Assembly (NCBI GenBank): GCA_963667665.2
Contig: OY763927.2
Coordinates: 1-64,000 of the forward strand
From: Nitrosopumilus sp.
GTDB lineage: Archaea; Thermoproteota; Nitrososphaeria; Nitrososphaerales; Nitrosopumilaceae
DNA length: 64,000 nucleotides
Direction of reading: 5' to 3'
This document shows positions 11,401 through 20,324 of the stretch, piece after piece. The number at the start of each line of letters is the position of its first letter. Position 1 is the first letter of the stretch. The translations under genes and the position numbers were made by a program. The notes under the pieces were generated by a model. It was not told the DNA's origin. It saw only the letters and a program-made list of their open reading frames with translations, and searched no databases.

Positions 11401-12726
11401 GGCTATGTTATTAATTCCATTATACACGTTACAGACAGTAAAATACATTTAGACACTTATGATTACTTTAAAGAATTCTCTTATCTATTAGATGATCCAG
11501 TTATAGATCCAGTTATAGATCCAGTTATAGATCCAGTTATAGATCCAGTTATAGATCCAGTTATAGATCCAGTTATAGATCCAGTTATAGATCCAGTTAT
11601 AGATCCAGTTATAGATCCAGTTATAGATCCAGTTATAGATCCAGTTATAGATCCAGTTATAGATCCAGTTATAGATCCAGTTATAGATCCAGTTATAGAT
11701 CCAGTTATAGATCCAGTTATAGATCCAGTTATAGATAGACAGACACCAGAACCATCAAAAAAACGAGGCAATGGTGGCGATGATGGTAAAACCAGACCAA
11801 CGTTTGGAATATCTGAACAAACACTCAGGTCAATTGTAACATGTGGCTATTCAATGGATGGAATGTGTACTGATGTAAACAAATACCACGTAGATTACAC
11901 CAGACAATCAATACAAACAGGAAGCACACATGACTTTACACTAAAGGCATATGCACACAATGGAATGAAGGCATTTGTAATCGGATTTGGTGTGAAGGAA
12001 GTAGGTTCTCCTGTATCAGAGTCAGAAGCTATAATCACTGTAAACCTAAGTAGAGACTATTCTTTGGACTCTACATATGTCATAGATTCTGTAGAGTATA
12101 ACAATGATAACAATGTCATAGGTGAGGATGCAACCTTTGCTATATCCAAAGTACCATGTAATGCTGCAAGTAATACAGCACAGTGTACTGAGTTGTCAAT
12201 TAGTGATGTATTGTTTAGAGAGGCAATGTATGATGAGCCATTCCTTATAGAGGCAATTGATATGAAACGTAAATCAACAACACACTTCATGAATGAGGGC
12301 TTGTTAATTACTGGCGACTCTCTAAATGATCCTCCTATAACTGAACTCTCAAAGAAAATCTCATCACAGTCTGGTTTTATTGTCTATGAATTAACCAGAA
12401 CTGATAAGATAAATAACATATGGACTGACCAGTTCGGGTACACTTGGAGTGAATCCAACCCTGGAAACTGGTTCTATGTAGATGGACCTAAACCAATCGT
12501 TTCAAGTGCATGTACTAATACAAACAATAGATACTGTGATGTCTTTGCAGATAAAATCAAATGGCATACTGATAATATGGAAAAGATGAGGGATTCTATC
12601 TATGGTGATATTTACACAATTGCAGAGTTTGATGACTTGGATGATCCTGTCACATTTACAGAAATACCTGGTAACTCTAGGACTCAGTTCCTGGAGGATA
12701 ATGGGTTAATGTGGTTAAGAAAATAA
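8458..12726 (+). CDS. Large secreted/surface protein with three 204-aa domains, a DPVI linker and a Cys-containing C-terminal domain
   Basis: Signal peptide (...SINPAMA), acidic Thr/Asp-rich composition, internal repeats. Confidence 0.85.
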   Translation: MTYMKTKMKSLLLGVIVTLVILGAISINPAMADHIEIDNDLPLLVDPDISYHFINNTSGSVNLTPLSTSYNAFINLYDAKIFLIQNDEILYHSVHNNIDIGFAPTGFYSGQPHNPINDIDDIIIRIEVTTGSDITNGYYQMTAPIDGVYSIFKSDTTGTESSPRYFSTNPTVPILQIVTITEIHEYSVFVYSDSDDTRYETSSISNSHRATFEITSDTHTITSLFPGVGYTNTASCEINGGASDTTFTVGANDFVRCTFDYTYTEPSFDDFERSSPGLQSEFASDPIYIAPGGSGSFCDENSINIYQSMGFSAPHLYSYYESRLLVTDADGNIVYRDAIDVYEGGVDFCLNINDLPFGFDAESSSFIVEVRDTYGNGLDEWSTNAVPYNSNADDIITSFARCDDTFFKPTSIIDPDPVDPNLNHDLCLTYTYGEFPMTLELVGNDGSLAGFSYTDSTLDIITYINQFGTNKTQISFPEAATTFDLSDSSQFTAKLFFIPQDLQSVQVLDPLDDQSHEAYPTHNSVFSLTKVVTGTDIVFTLDTETFPDDYDPIIYNTNYRLEITDTHDAGVTEGYVINSIIHVTDSKIHLDTYDYFKEFSYLLARCDDTFFKPTSIIDPDPVDPNLNHDLCLTYTYGEFPMTLELVGNDGSLAGFSYTDSTLDIITYINQFGTNKTQISFPEAATTFDLSDSSQFTAKLFFIPQDLQSVQVLDPLDDQSHEAYPTHNSVFSLTKVVTGTDIVFTLDTETFPDDYDPIIYNTNYRLEITDTHDAGVTEGYVINSIIHVTDSKIHLDTYDYFKEFSYLLARCDDTFFKPTSIIDPDPVDPNLNHDLCLTYTYGEFPMTLELVGNDGSLAGFSYTDSTLDIITYINQFGTNKTQISFPEAATTFDLSDSSQFTAKLFFIPQDLQSVQVLDPLDDQSHEAFPTHNSVFSLTKVVTGTDIVFTLDTETFPDDYDPIIYNTNYRLEITDTHDAGVTEGYVINSIIHVTDSKIHLDTYDYFKEFSYLLDDPVIDPVIDPVIDPVIDPVIDPVIDPVIDPVIDPVIDPVIDPVIDPVIDPVIDPVIDPVIDPVIDPVIDPVIDPVIDPVIDRQTPEPSKKRGNGGDDGKTRPTFGISEQTLRSIVTCGYSMDGMCTDVNKYHVDYTRQSIQTGSTHDFTLKAYAHNGMKAFVIGFGVKEVGSPVSESEAIITVNLSRDYSLDSTYVIDSVEYNNDNNVIGEDATFAISKVPCNAASNTAQCTELSISDVLFREAMYDEPFLIEAIDMKRKSTTHFMNEGLLITGDSLNDPPITELSKKISSQSGFIVYELTRTDKINNIWTDQFGYTWSESNPGNWFYVDGPKPIVSSACTNTNNRYCDVFADKIKWHTDNMEKMRDSIYGDIYTIAEFDDLDDPVTFTEIPGNSRTQFLEDNGLMWLRK
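9655..11490 (+). repeat. 3 x 612-bp tandem duplication
   Basis: Units start at 9655, 10267 and 10879; the only difference noticed is EAY to EAF in copy 3. Confidence 0.95.
11494..11733 (+). repeat. 20 x 12-bp perfect minisatellite gatccagttata (DPVI)
   Basis: Direct count. Confidence 0.97.
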
Positions 12727-12757
12727 TTAATATTTTCATCTCTAGTTGTTATGTTAG

Positions 12758-13207
12758 ATGTATGATTTAGTAATTAGGAAAGCAATATACAAAGACATAC
12801 CAGTAATTCTGGAATTATTATATTATCTAGGAAGACCAAAGTCACAAAATAATTTAGATAGTCAAAGTTTCGCTAACATGATAAAGCAATACATTGAAAA
12901 TTCTGATAAGGAGATCTTAGTTGCATTATACTGTGATACTGTAATCGGCATGGTTAGTATGATGTATTTAACTAGGTTAAACCATAAAACACCTGAATTA
13001 TACATTCCAGAATTAATAGTTTCTCAATATAATCAAAAACAGGGAGTAGGAAATAGACTGATATCTGAATGTATTAGTATTGCATATGAGAAAAACTGTC
13101 ATAGAATTAGACTAGAGTCTGGGTATGACAGAATAGATGCACATTCGTTTTATACTAATATTGGATTTATGGATAATGCAAAGTCATTTGTGTTAAAATT
13201 GATTTGA
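12758..13207 (+). CDS. GNAT-family N-acetyltransferase
   Basis: IRKA..DIP start, QKQGVG acetyl-CoA motif, AHSFYTNIGF. Confidence 0.9.
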   Translation: MYDLVIRKAIYKDIPVILELLYYLGRPKSQNNLDSQSFANMIKQYIENSDKEILVALYCDTVIGMVSMMYLTRLNHKTPELYIPELIVSQYNQKQGVGNRLISECISIAYEKNCHRIRLESGYDRIDAHSFYTNIGFMDNAKSFVLKLI

Positions 13208-13265
13208 TGAATCATAAATAATGAATAGATTGTTTTAAATTTGGATAGAAAATTAATTTTAGAAA

Positions 13266-13433
13266 ATGGCTTTTATCAATTATTTTACTAACAACTATTG
13301 TAAAGGCTGTGAACTTAGATTCTTAAAATCAGATGGAATTTACTGCCCTAAATGCGGTTCACAAGCCAGAACTGCCCCTAGACATGCATCTAAAAATAAA
13401 AAGAAATATAGAGAAAATAATATGTCTATTTAA
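13266..13433 (+). CDS. 55-aa zinc-ribbon microprotein (not in ORF track)
   Basis: MAFINYFTNNYCKGCELRFLKSDGIYCPKCGSQARTAPRHASKNKKKY... Confidence 0.7.
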   Translation: MAFINYFTNNYCKGCELRFLKSDGIYCPKCGSQARTAPRHASKNKKKYRENNMSI

Positions 13434-13447
13434 TATTAAAAACTAAC

Positions 13448-13466
13448 GATCATAATAATTATGATC
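13448..13466. promoter_or_regulatory. Palindromic operator candidate upstream of the wHTH gene
   Basis: gatcataa-taa-ttatgatc, perfect 8-bp arms. Confidence 0.4.
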
Positions 13467-13498
13467 ATAGTTTTATAGATTAATTATAAAAAATAGAT

Positions 13499-13765
13499 TT
13501 GTTAAAAAGAATTAGTGTTCCAATAGTTATTTCAATTCTTAATAATTTATCAACTCATGGCCCTCTTAAAAGAACAAAACTTGCACTTTACTCGCATTTA
13601 CCATATGACAGATTTATCAAATACATGAATATGCTATGTCTTTTAAATTTAATAAAATTAAATCATACTGCTAATGGATTGTATGTTGATATTACAATAT
13701 TTGGCACTAGTGGAAGGTGCAGACATATTGAAGAAACTAGAAAAAGAAAAAGAAATAGTCGATGA
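13499..13765 (+). CDS. Winged-helix (HTH_45-like) regulator, C-terminus probably replaced
   Basis: GPLKRTKLALYSHLPYDRFIKYMNML...ITIFG. Confidence 0.7.
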   Translation: MLKRISVPIVISILNNLSTHGPLKRTKLALYSHLPYDRFIKYMNMLCLLNLIKLNHTANGLYVDITIFGTSGRCRHIEETRKRKRNSR

Positions 13766-14353
13766 GGATAAAATTGACATGCTAACAGACAAGTTCAAGA
13801 AGATACGTTATGAACTTAATAAAGAGGGTATTGCTTCAGCAAAACAATATGAAGACAATGCAGATTATTGGCGTTCATTAAGTCATCCTGAATCCCCAGA
13901 TGTAGCAGCACATGGAGTTCACAATACTTCTTATGATTCTCAAATCATACCAACTTCTCACACATGTTCTAGCTGTTCTCAAAAAGGATATTTTATATCC
14001 GGTTTTGACTGGTGGGTAATTCAACCTATTTGGAAAACATCTGAATCTGCTGATTATTGGACAAGAGTAACAACTACAACACAATCATATGCTTCTGAGA
14101 TAGAAACTGATCAACACTATGAGGAAATAAAACCTTGGTCTCATTATTCTCTAAAGAAAAGTGGGTCCATTGAGTGGTTTCTGGCCATATTGTAGTTAAT
14201 AATTTTGACAATGAACTTCAGTACTCAAGTCCTTTTGTATTCACTTCGACTTATGTAACACCATCATATGCCACGTTAGAATATTCTTGGATTGATGATG
14301 TTCCCAGCCATTCTAGACACATAACACAAGCTAGCGCAAACACAATTAACTAG
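13700..14353 (+). pseudogene. 5'-truncated, frameshifted hypothetical protein
   Basis: ORF 13674-14195 has no credible start; coding-like sequence continues in another frame (SGHIVVNNFDNELQY...ANTIN*) to 14353. Confidence 0.5.
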
Positions 14354-15202
14354 CTATATCTTTCTTTTTTTATCTTGGATGAAAAAAAAAGACAGGATCT
14401 CGAATTACTCATGTTAATACGACAGACTTGCATATTGGGTCTAAGTAAACATTTTTTATCAATTGAAAGTTACAAAATGGTAATGAAAGATATTGACGAT
14501 AAGATTAAGGCCATACAATAAAGCAAACTTGTTCCATAGCCTATGCAAAATCTTATCTCGAGAATACAATAACCGTGTCAGGATGACAAAAAACATCTTT
14601 TTCTTTATTTTCACTAGTATTATTCTTCCCTATCACAGTAAGTGGTGCTGAACCGAATTTTAGATTAGACTGTCCATTTTTTTTGAAATGGAGTGTTGAC
14701 TGGGAAACATGTGTTGTTCAGTGGAATACATTTTATGGCCTAACAATCATCTTGATAGTGATTGGTATTGTGATAACTGCCATCATTGTGGCAGTATGGA
14801 AAATATACAAGATAAAAAAGAAAAACCTTGGTGGTTAACGTTTACCCATTCTTTTTTATTTTTATATTATGTAGACTATAATGATATATGAAAAAAATAC
14901 TTTGTTGTATTAGTATTATGATGATTATAGGGATAATTCCTTCTTGATTCTCTCATGCAGATCCTATCGATATTAATTTAATAGTTAATGGAACTGTGCA
15001 AAATGTAAAAATCATCGGATTGATGACATCTACATCTGATGAAAATTCTACTGAAATTATATTTCTCTCAAAACAGTGGATAAATCAAAATTTTATAAGT
15101 GTTTTATCGGGTATAATTGTTATAACTACGACCATTACTACAAGTATTGTTTATAAAGAAGAAATCCCTATTTTAAGAAATATAAATAAAAAGTGATGAA
15201 TT

Positions 15203-15622
15203 ATGAGAATTATATTATTAGTAATTATTTCTTTTAGTTTAATTCCATTTGCATTTGCCGAGGATGATAGCGGTGTTTTTGATTGGATTTTTTGTAAGGA
15301 AAAATTTTCATTCCCATATAATATTATTAATGGGACATTAAAAGAGACAATTCATTTAAGACTATATGATAATATTGAATGTAAGGATAGATATTCTACT
15401 AATTATCAACTTCAATTAATACATACATCTAACAATCAAACAAGCTTTGAAATGACAGTACCTGATAATTTTGAATATGATCAGATCAAACTACGTGTAG
15501 TGGACAGATATCAAGTTGATACTTTTTGGCTAAATGGTACTAGTAATACAGTTGAATTTGAAAATTACATACATGACAAATTTGGAGAAATTTTTATTAT
15601 TTTAGATTTAAATTTTAAATGA
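15203..15622 (+). CDS. Secreted hypothetical protein
   Basis: Signal peptide MRIILLVIISFSLIPFAFA. Confidence 0.7.
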   Translation: MRIILLVIISFSLIPFAFAEDDSGVFDWIFCKEKFSFPYNIINGTLKETIHLRLYDNIECKDRYSTNYQLQLIHTSNNQTSFEMTVPDNFEYDQIKLRVVDRYQVDTFWLNGTSNTVEFENYIHDKFGEIFIILDLNFK

Positions 15623-15635
15623 AAATAAAATAATT

Positions 15636-15929
15636 GTGATTTATAATATGTTCAAACTGATCGAGTGGTGGAGAACTAGGAATTTAAAAAAAGATATAAT
15701 GTCAAATAAAACAAATTTGAACACAATCGCAAATTTACAACTAAGTCTAAGAAGAGGTCCTGATGGAAAAATTAGATTTAAAACCAGAATAATAGGAAAA
15801 TTTACAGTAGATGAAGATAATGAAACTGTAAGAGAAATTCAAGAATTAATTAAAAAAATGGATGGGGAATCAAAAAATAATAATTGGAGTGTTTTTATTA
15901 ACCATCCTAACAAAACTATAAAAAACTGA
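15636..15929 (+). CDS. Hypothetical protein
   Basis: ORF in a co-oriented run. Confidence 0.5.
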   Translation: MIYNMFKLIEWWRTRNLKKDIMSNKTNLNTIANLQLSLRRGPDGKIRFKTRIIGKFTVDEDNETVREIQELIKKMDGESKNNNWSVFINHPNKTIKN

Positions 15930-15956
15930 AATGATACTAATAGTAGATCTCTGGAA

Positions 15957-16190
15957 ATGATTCAAAGAGTCTTAATTGTAATAGGCGTATCTTTTGTAAT
16001 GTTTATAGAGTTATTGTTGACATCAAATACACTATACGTATTTGGTCAAAGGCTGCCTTATGAAATAATCTATTCTGGAATAATTATAGGGATTGTTGGG
16101 TGTGTGTTTTATATTTTGGACAAGACATATTTACGATATCTTGTATTTTATCCACCAATATTACTAGCAATACTGTTTATTCTTAGATAA
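15957..16190 (+). CDS. Small membrane protein (about 3 TM)
   Basis: Hydrophobic segments. Confidence 0.6.
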   Translation: MIQRVLIVIGVSFVMFIELLLTSNTLYVFGQRLPYEIIYSGIIIGIVGCVFYILDKTYLRYLVFYPPILLAILFILR

Positions 16191-16241
16191 TGGGGGTATA
16201 GACGTATCTGAATTTAGCGGAGATACTGACTGTGGTACAGT

Positions 16242-16570
16242 GTTTCAATCTTTATTGTACTAGAAATCTATTCAGAGACATATTTTTTCGCATGACACTG
16301 GGATAAAGAGAATGTTTCAATCTTTATTGTACTAGAAATCTATTCAGAGGAACCGACGTAAATCCACAAGTGGAAGTGAGAAAGGAGTTTCAATCTTTAT
16401 TGTACTAGAAATCTATTCAGAGTTTGGAATGAAGCGCGTGATGGAAAATCTGATTATCCAATGGTTTCAATCTTTATTGTACTAGAAATCTATTCAGAGC
16501 TATATAGCCCCCTTAAATACACCTATGCCACAGAGTTTCAATCTTTATTGTACTAGAAATCTATTCAGAG
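16242..16570 (-). CRISPR. CRISPR array: 5 identical 36-bp repeats, 4 spacers (36, 37, 41, 35 bp); no cas genes in the window
   Basis: gtttcaatctttattgtactagaaatctattcagag at 16242, 16314, 16387, 16464 and 16535; the reverse complement ends in ATTGAAAC, which suggests the orientation. Confidence 0.96.
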
Positions 16571-16957
16571 GATATCAAAGACCGTGATATTGTAGGTGTT
16601 CTCTGTGAACAATGTGGGGCAGGTGTTGATATTCCTAATATAAAAATTCATGTGTAAACATGAAGTTATGTTATAGTAAGAGAAGTGTTGTTTAAATCAA
16701 GAGTTTCTGTGATATTACTGAATTCTGAGAGATAATAGTCTGAATAATATTCTGACAAGCCTTCGTTGGTATTCTAGGTGTAAAAATCGGTTTATGAGGC
16801 ATTGTCCATACTGTATTCCTTTATTTCAACTCCAATTATGTTTTTAGAATCTAAATACCTGATTTTTCAAAATCATCGATCTTAATGTAAAAAAACTATG
16901 ATTTTTTTAGATAAATTTGACAATAGTTTTAATAACCGGACATTTTCAAAATGTTAC

Positions 16958-17101
16958 ATGGCAGAGATTTTATCGCAAACGAAACTTCTTAGCAAAGAAG
17001 AAGTAGAAAAAGTAAAGGAAGAATTTGCAAAACAAGATGACTTGATAAAAGGTAACTGTTTTTCAGATTTATTAGAAAACGTTGACAAGCATAACTCTTA
17101 G
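16958..17101 (+). CDS. Small acidic protein (antitoxin-like?)
   Basis: MAEILSQTKLLSKEEVEKVKEEF...; overlaps the next ORF. Confidence 0.45.
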   Translation: MAEILSQTKLLSKEEVEKVKEEFAKQDDLIKGNCFSDLLENVDKHNS

Positions 17102-17333
17102 CAAGTCCGATGATAGTACCTTGCGACAAGCAGGTACTTTAATTTATTATTCTGCTCAGGTTCAAATGGATTATTTTTGGCAACATATTGTTCAGAAAAA
17201 AGCCACTAATTCTGGAGAAGTTCCATCTCAAGAAAGAATATTTCCAATGAAACCTGCACATCTTCTTTTACGTATGACCTATGATGAATTTGAAGATTCA
17301 ATTTATTGCAAAGTTGAATTTCTTAATACATGA
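17082..17333 (+). CDS. Small hypothetical protein (RelE-like size)
   Basis: 83 aa, overlapping the upstream ORF. Confidence 0.5.
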   Translation: MTSITLSKSDDSTLRQAGTLIYYSAQVQMDYFWQHIVQKKATNSGEVPSQERIFPMKPAHLLLRMTYDEFEDSIYCKVEFLNT

Positions 17334-17441
17334 TGTTTAGATTATAAAATGATACGTTAACAATCTAGTAAAATATAGAATTAAATTATGTTGAAAAAAA
17401 CAAATTTATGGATTAAAAGATCTAAAGTAAATTAAAAAATC

Positions 17442-17657
17442 AAAATAATTGCATTTAAATATAATTTCCAAAAACTATGGATCAATTATCGAAATGTTTC
17501 AGAGCAATTGAGAAAAGAATATGTTTTATTTGAAAATGAGATTGATGGTTATTCAGATGAAAACAAACGTGAAGTTTTTTTCATTAAAAAAATCTTATGG
17601 ATTCTAGCTGAAAATAATGAACAATGGAATATTATGTCAAAAAATAATAATTTTTAA
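17442..17657 (+). pseudogene. C-terminal remnant of a DUF4231/SLATT-family protein
   Basis: FQKLWINYRNVSEQLRKEYVLF..GY...FIKKILWILAENNEQW fits the W..YR..E.L..E..F family pattern; TM segment and start missing. Confidence 0.6.
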
Positions 17658-17664
17658 TTTATTT

Positions 17665-17850
17665 TTAAAAAATATGTTTTCTCAAATATGTTTTTTTTAT
17701 TACATATTTTTCTCCATCAACACCTATAGCTAAATAATCTCCTTTTTTACCACTCATAATTCCTTCTAAACTTTCAACACTGAAATCTTTATTCATTTGT
17801 TTTACCTTAATTGGTATTGGTTTTTTTACATACATTTGAAATTCAGACAT
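17665..17850 (-). CDS. PGDYG-like phage protein, probable frameshift in the poly-A tract near the 3' end
   Basis: KKPIPIKVKQ...SLEGIMSGKKGDYLAIGVDGEKY; one extra A restores IFEKTY. Confidence 0.7.
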   Translation of the reverse strand: MSEFQMYVKKPIPIKVKQMNKDFSVESLEGIMSGKKGDYLAIGVDGEKYVIKKTYLRKHIF

Positions 17851-18178
17851 TAATATTTATAAAACAAGATGTCTTATATAACTTATAAATAAAAACAGTA
17901 ACTAAATTATTTGGTAAAATCGACAGTTATTATGTAATTACCTCTGGGGTTTACCATATAACTATACTACTCATTTTAATAACAATTGTATAATCAATCA
18001 CTATACTAATTCATAATTTTATCATCTGACACTAATCTGATCAGCATATGACTGAAATATTCTTAAATCCAGTTAATCACAATAACTGGTAACTTTACCA
18101 AAACTTGCGCTTAAAAACTATCTTAATATTGCAAAATATTCCAATTATTGCAAAATATTCCAATTATTGCTTATTATT

Positions 18179-18457
18179 TCATAGTTTCTGTAATTTAGAA
18201 CGTCTAATAACATATAGGCCTGTGATGAAAAGTAAAATCCCTACAGCAGATGTACCCACCATAAAGTTCGATATACTTTCAGGCGAACCACCAAAATCAA
18301 TAATTGGTGATGATACAAGTAAAATGGCAATAGATTCCTCATTATTCACCAGTGTGAATGCCAATCTATACAGATTATCAAAGATGGTAAATACAGGGAT
18401 AAACAGAAAAATAAATGATGAATAAATTAGGGCATATCCTAGTTTTTTATTTAACAT
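18179..18457 (-). CDS. Small membrane protein
   Basis: Hydrophobic helices. Confidence 0.55.
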   Translation of the reverse strand: MLNKKLGYALIYSSFIFLFIPVFTIFDNLYRLAFTLVNNEESIAILLVSSPIIDFGGSPESISNFMVGTSAVGILLFITGLYVIRRSKLQKL

Positions 18458-18465
18458 AAAAAAAA

Positions 18466-18798
18466 TTATGGAACTGCTGTCTTTGATTTTTTTCTCATAA
18501 ATTTGTCTGTAATTTTATCTATAATTTTGATAGTAACAAATGTTGCAGGAATCCAATAAATTAGATTTGTAAGTATTACTAAAATAATTTTATGATATAT
18601 AGTATCTGTGTTTGTTCCTTGTTCACTAGCTGCGAATGAAAAAAATAATGCAAATATTATTCCAGGATTGATTAACATAAACCACATTCCATCGTGAATT
18701 AAACGCAATTCAAAAATAAGTACCATAGTGATAATTCCATATGCCAAAAGGATTGGATATAGAATGTTTAGTTTTTTATTTAAAAAAAAAGAGATCAA
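18466..18798 (-). CDS. Membrane protein (about 3 TM)
   Basis: Hydrophobic helices; overlaps the upstream stop. Confidence 0.6.
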   Translation of the reverse strand: MISFFLNKKLNILYPILLAYGIITMVLIFELRLIHDGMWFMLINPGIIFALFFSFAASEQGTNTDTIYHKIILVILTNLIYWIPATFVTIKIIDKITDKFMRKKSKTAVP

Positions 18799-19718
18799 GG
18801 TACTGTGACCTTTGAGTATCCAGAATTCGTATCAGATGTATCCATCATATGATTCCACGTGTTGCTCACATAGACTGTTTGACCAGGCGTGTATGTTTTT
18901 ACCGCACCATTATGACAACCTAGAGGTAACCAACCAGAAGTTACACAATCAAAGTCATTTGATGAACTCCATGTATTATCAAATACTATATGATTATTAT
19001 TCCCAATAGTAAGTGGTTCAACATCATGTATTCTTTGATACATAGCTATACGTAACCCATCATAGAACAAATCGGCTGTAGGATGATCTTCATCATGGAA
19101 ATTCAAAATGAATGTTGTTTCACAAGTACTTGGAATTTCTACACGTTCAACCTCATACAAACCATTATCACCATTGAAATAATGGTTGTTATCATAGGTT
19201 CCACCATCAATATCAAGTGTTAGTTGTTTGAATGTTGGAATAGTAGTAGTTGGACATATAGCTTGAGCAGTCTGTATTCCGAAGAAATTCAGAAAGTCAA
19301 CATCTAGCCGACTTGCAGAATTATCATCTCTTAAGAGTTTGATCTTTTCATCTTTAATTGTCTCATATACAATGTAAAGAATAGCTTCTTTGATTTCCTG
19401 ATCAGTAAGAGTATCAGTGTTGGTTATAACACGTACATCTTCAATTGTCTCTTTTAGAAGCTTGTCATATTGACTCTTTAGCTCTTCAGTTTTTTCAGCC
19501 CTTGTCTGCTTGTTAGCATCAAGTTCTAGTAATTTATCATAATCATTTTTTTCAGTAATTTCATGGGTGTTAACCAGAAAATTCATAAATTTGTCAAAGC
19601 AAAAAGCATAGTTGATAATGGTTGATTTTCTAGATCTCATTGAATTGAAGAATTTTCTATATGTTTTGGATTTTTTAGCTTCTTCCTCTGCAAACGTAAT
19701 CCAATTGGATCCAGGCAT
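18795..19718 (-). CDS. Chimeric ORF: tyrosine-integrase N-terminal (SAM-like) fragment fused to an unrelated Cys-containing extracellular-type domain
   Basis: YRKFFNSMRSRKSTIINYAFCFDKFM...DYDKLL parallels the start of integrase 38803 (FESTIKSEITKNNYKRSLDHF...DYDSIL); no catalytic motifs. Confidence 0.6.
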   Translation of the reverse strand: MPGSNWITFAEEEAKKSKTYRKFFNSMRSRKSTIINYAFCFDKFMNFLVNTHEITEKNDYDKLLELDANKQTRAEKTEELKSQYDKLLKETIEDVRVITNTDTLTDQEIKEAILYIVYETIKDEKIKLLRDDNSASRLDVDFLNFFGIQTAQAICPTTTIPTFKQLTLDIDGGTYDNNHYFNGDNGLYEVERVEIPSTCETTFILNFHDEDHPTADLFYDGLRIAMYQRIHDVEPLTIGNNNHIVFDNTWSSSNDFDCVTSGWLPLGCHNGAVKTYTPGQTVYVSNTWNHMMDTSDTNSGYSKVTVP

Positions 19719-19803
19719 GAATTATTATGTATTGGAGTAATATAAAAAAGTGGCAAAAGCACAGGGTAATTATGTAATAACTCTATTCTGGATATGATAT
19801 GAT

Positions 19804-20214
19804 TTGCTGAAACAAATAACTGCTATAGGGGTAATTGGAGTAGTAATTGTTGTAATTATTGCTTTATTTTTTTCTAATTCTTCTACTGAAGAAACTGTTG
19901 ATGAAACAGACTTGTTCATTAAAGGCGATGTGATAATGCCAACAAAAGTTTCTCGCCCAGGATGTGGGGAAGATAACAGATGTTACATTCCCTCTCTCAT
20001 TGTAATTGAAAAAGGAAAACAAGTAACATGGGTAAATGAAGATTCAGCGTTTCATAGTATCACTTCTGGTTTTTACGATACACCAACTGATCTTTTTGAC
20101 AGTGGACATTTAGATCCATTTGAATCCTATACTCTTACTTTTGATGAAACAGGCACATATGATTATTTTTGTACTCTTCATCCTTGGATGAAAGGACAGG
20201 TAGTTGTTGAATAA
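19804..20214 (+). CDS. Plastocyanin/cupredoxin (blue copper) protein
   Basis: HSITSG, YFCTLHPWMKG. Confidence 0.93.
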   Translation: MLKQITAIGVIGVVIVVIIALFFSNSSTEETVDETDLFIKGDVIMPTKVSRPGCGEDNRCYIPSLIVIEKGKQVTWVNEDSAFHSITSGFYDTPTDLFDSGHLDPFESYTLTFDETGTYDYFCTLHPWMKGQVVVE

Positions 20215-20285
20215 GGTACCCGAGGGAGTCGAACCCCCTTGTATAGGCTTTGCAGGCCCACGCATAACCGTTCTGCCAGAGTACC
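20214..20285 (-). tRNA. tRNA-Cys(GCA)
   Basis: GGTACTC...TGGGC-CTGCAAA-GCCTA...GGTTCGACTCC...GGGTACC-T. Confidence 0.95.
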
Positions 20286-20324
20286 GTTTTAAAAAACACA
20301 AAATGAATAATTAAACTCTTCAGA

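Noticed and set aside
11481-11771. Antisense (ITGS)n ORF
   Set aside because: Reverse frame of the DPVI minisatellite
16738-16760. gtctgaataatattctgacaa as a possible anti-repeat/tracrRNA
   Set aside because: Only about 8 contiguous matches to the repeat in AT-rich DNA, and no class 2 effector nearby
18127-18170. 19-bp tandem duplication tattgcaaaatattccaat
   Set aside because: Only two copies with no spacer; simple slippage
20214-20285. tRNA-Cys as the att site of the left accessory region
   Set aside because: No duplicate of its 3' end seen in the window, and a core-like cupredoxin gene lies between it and the integrase fragment
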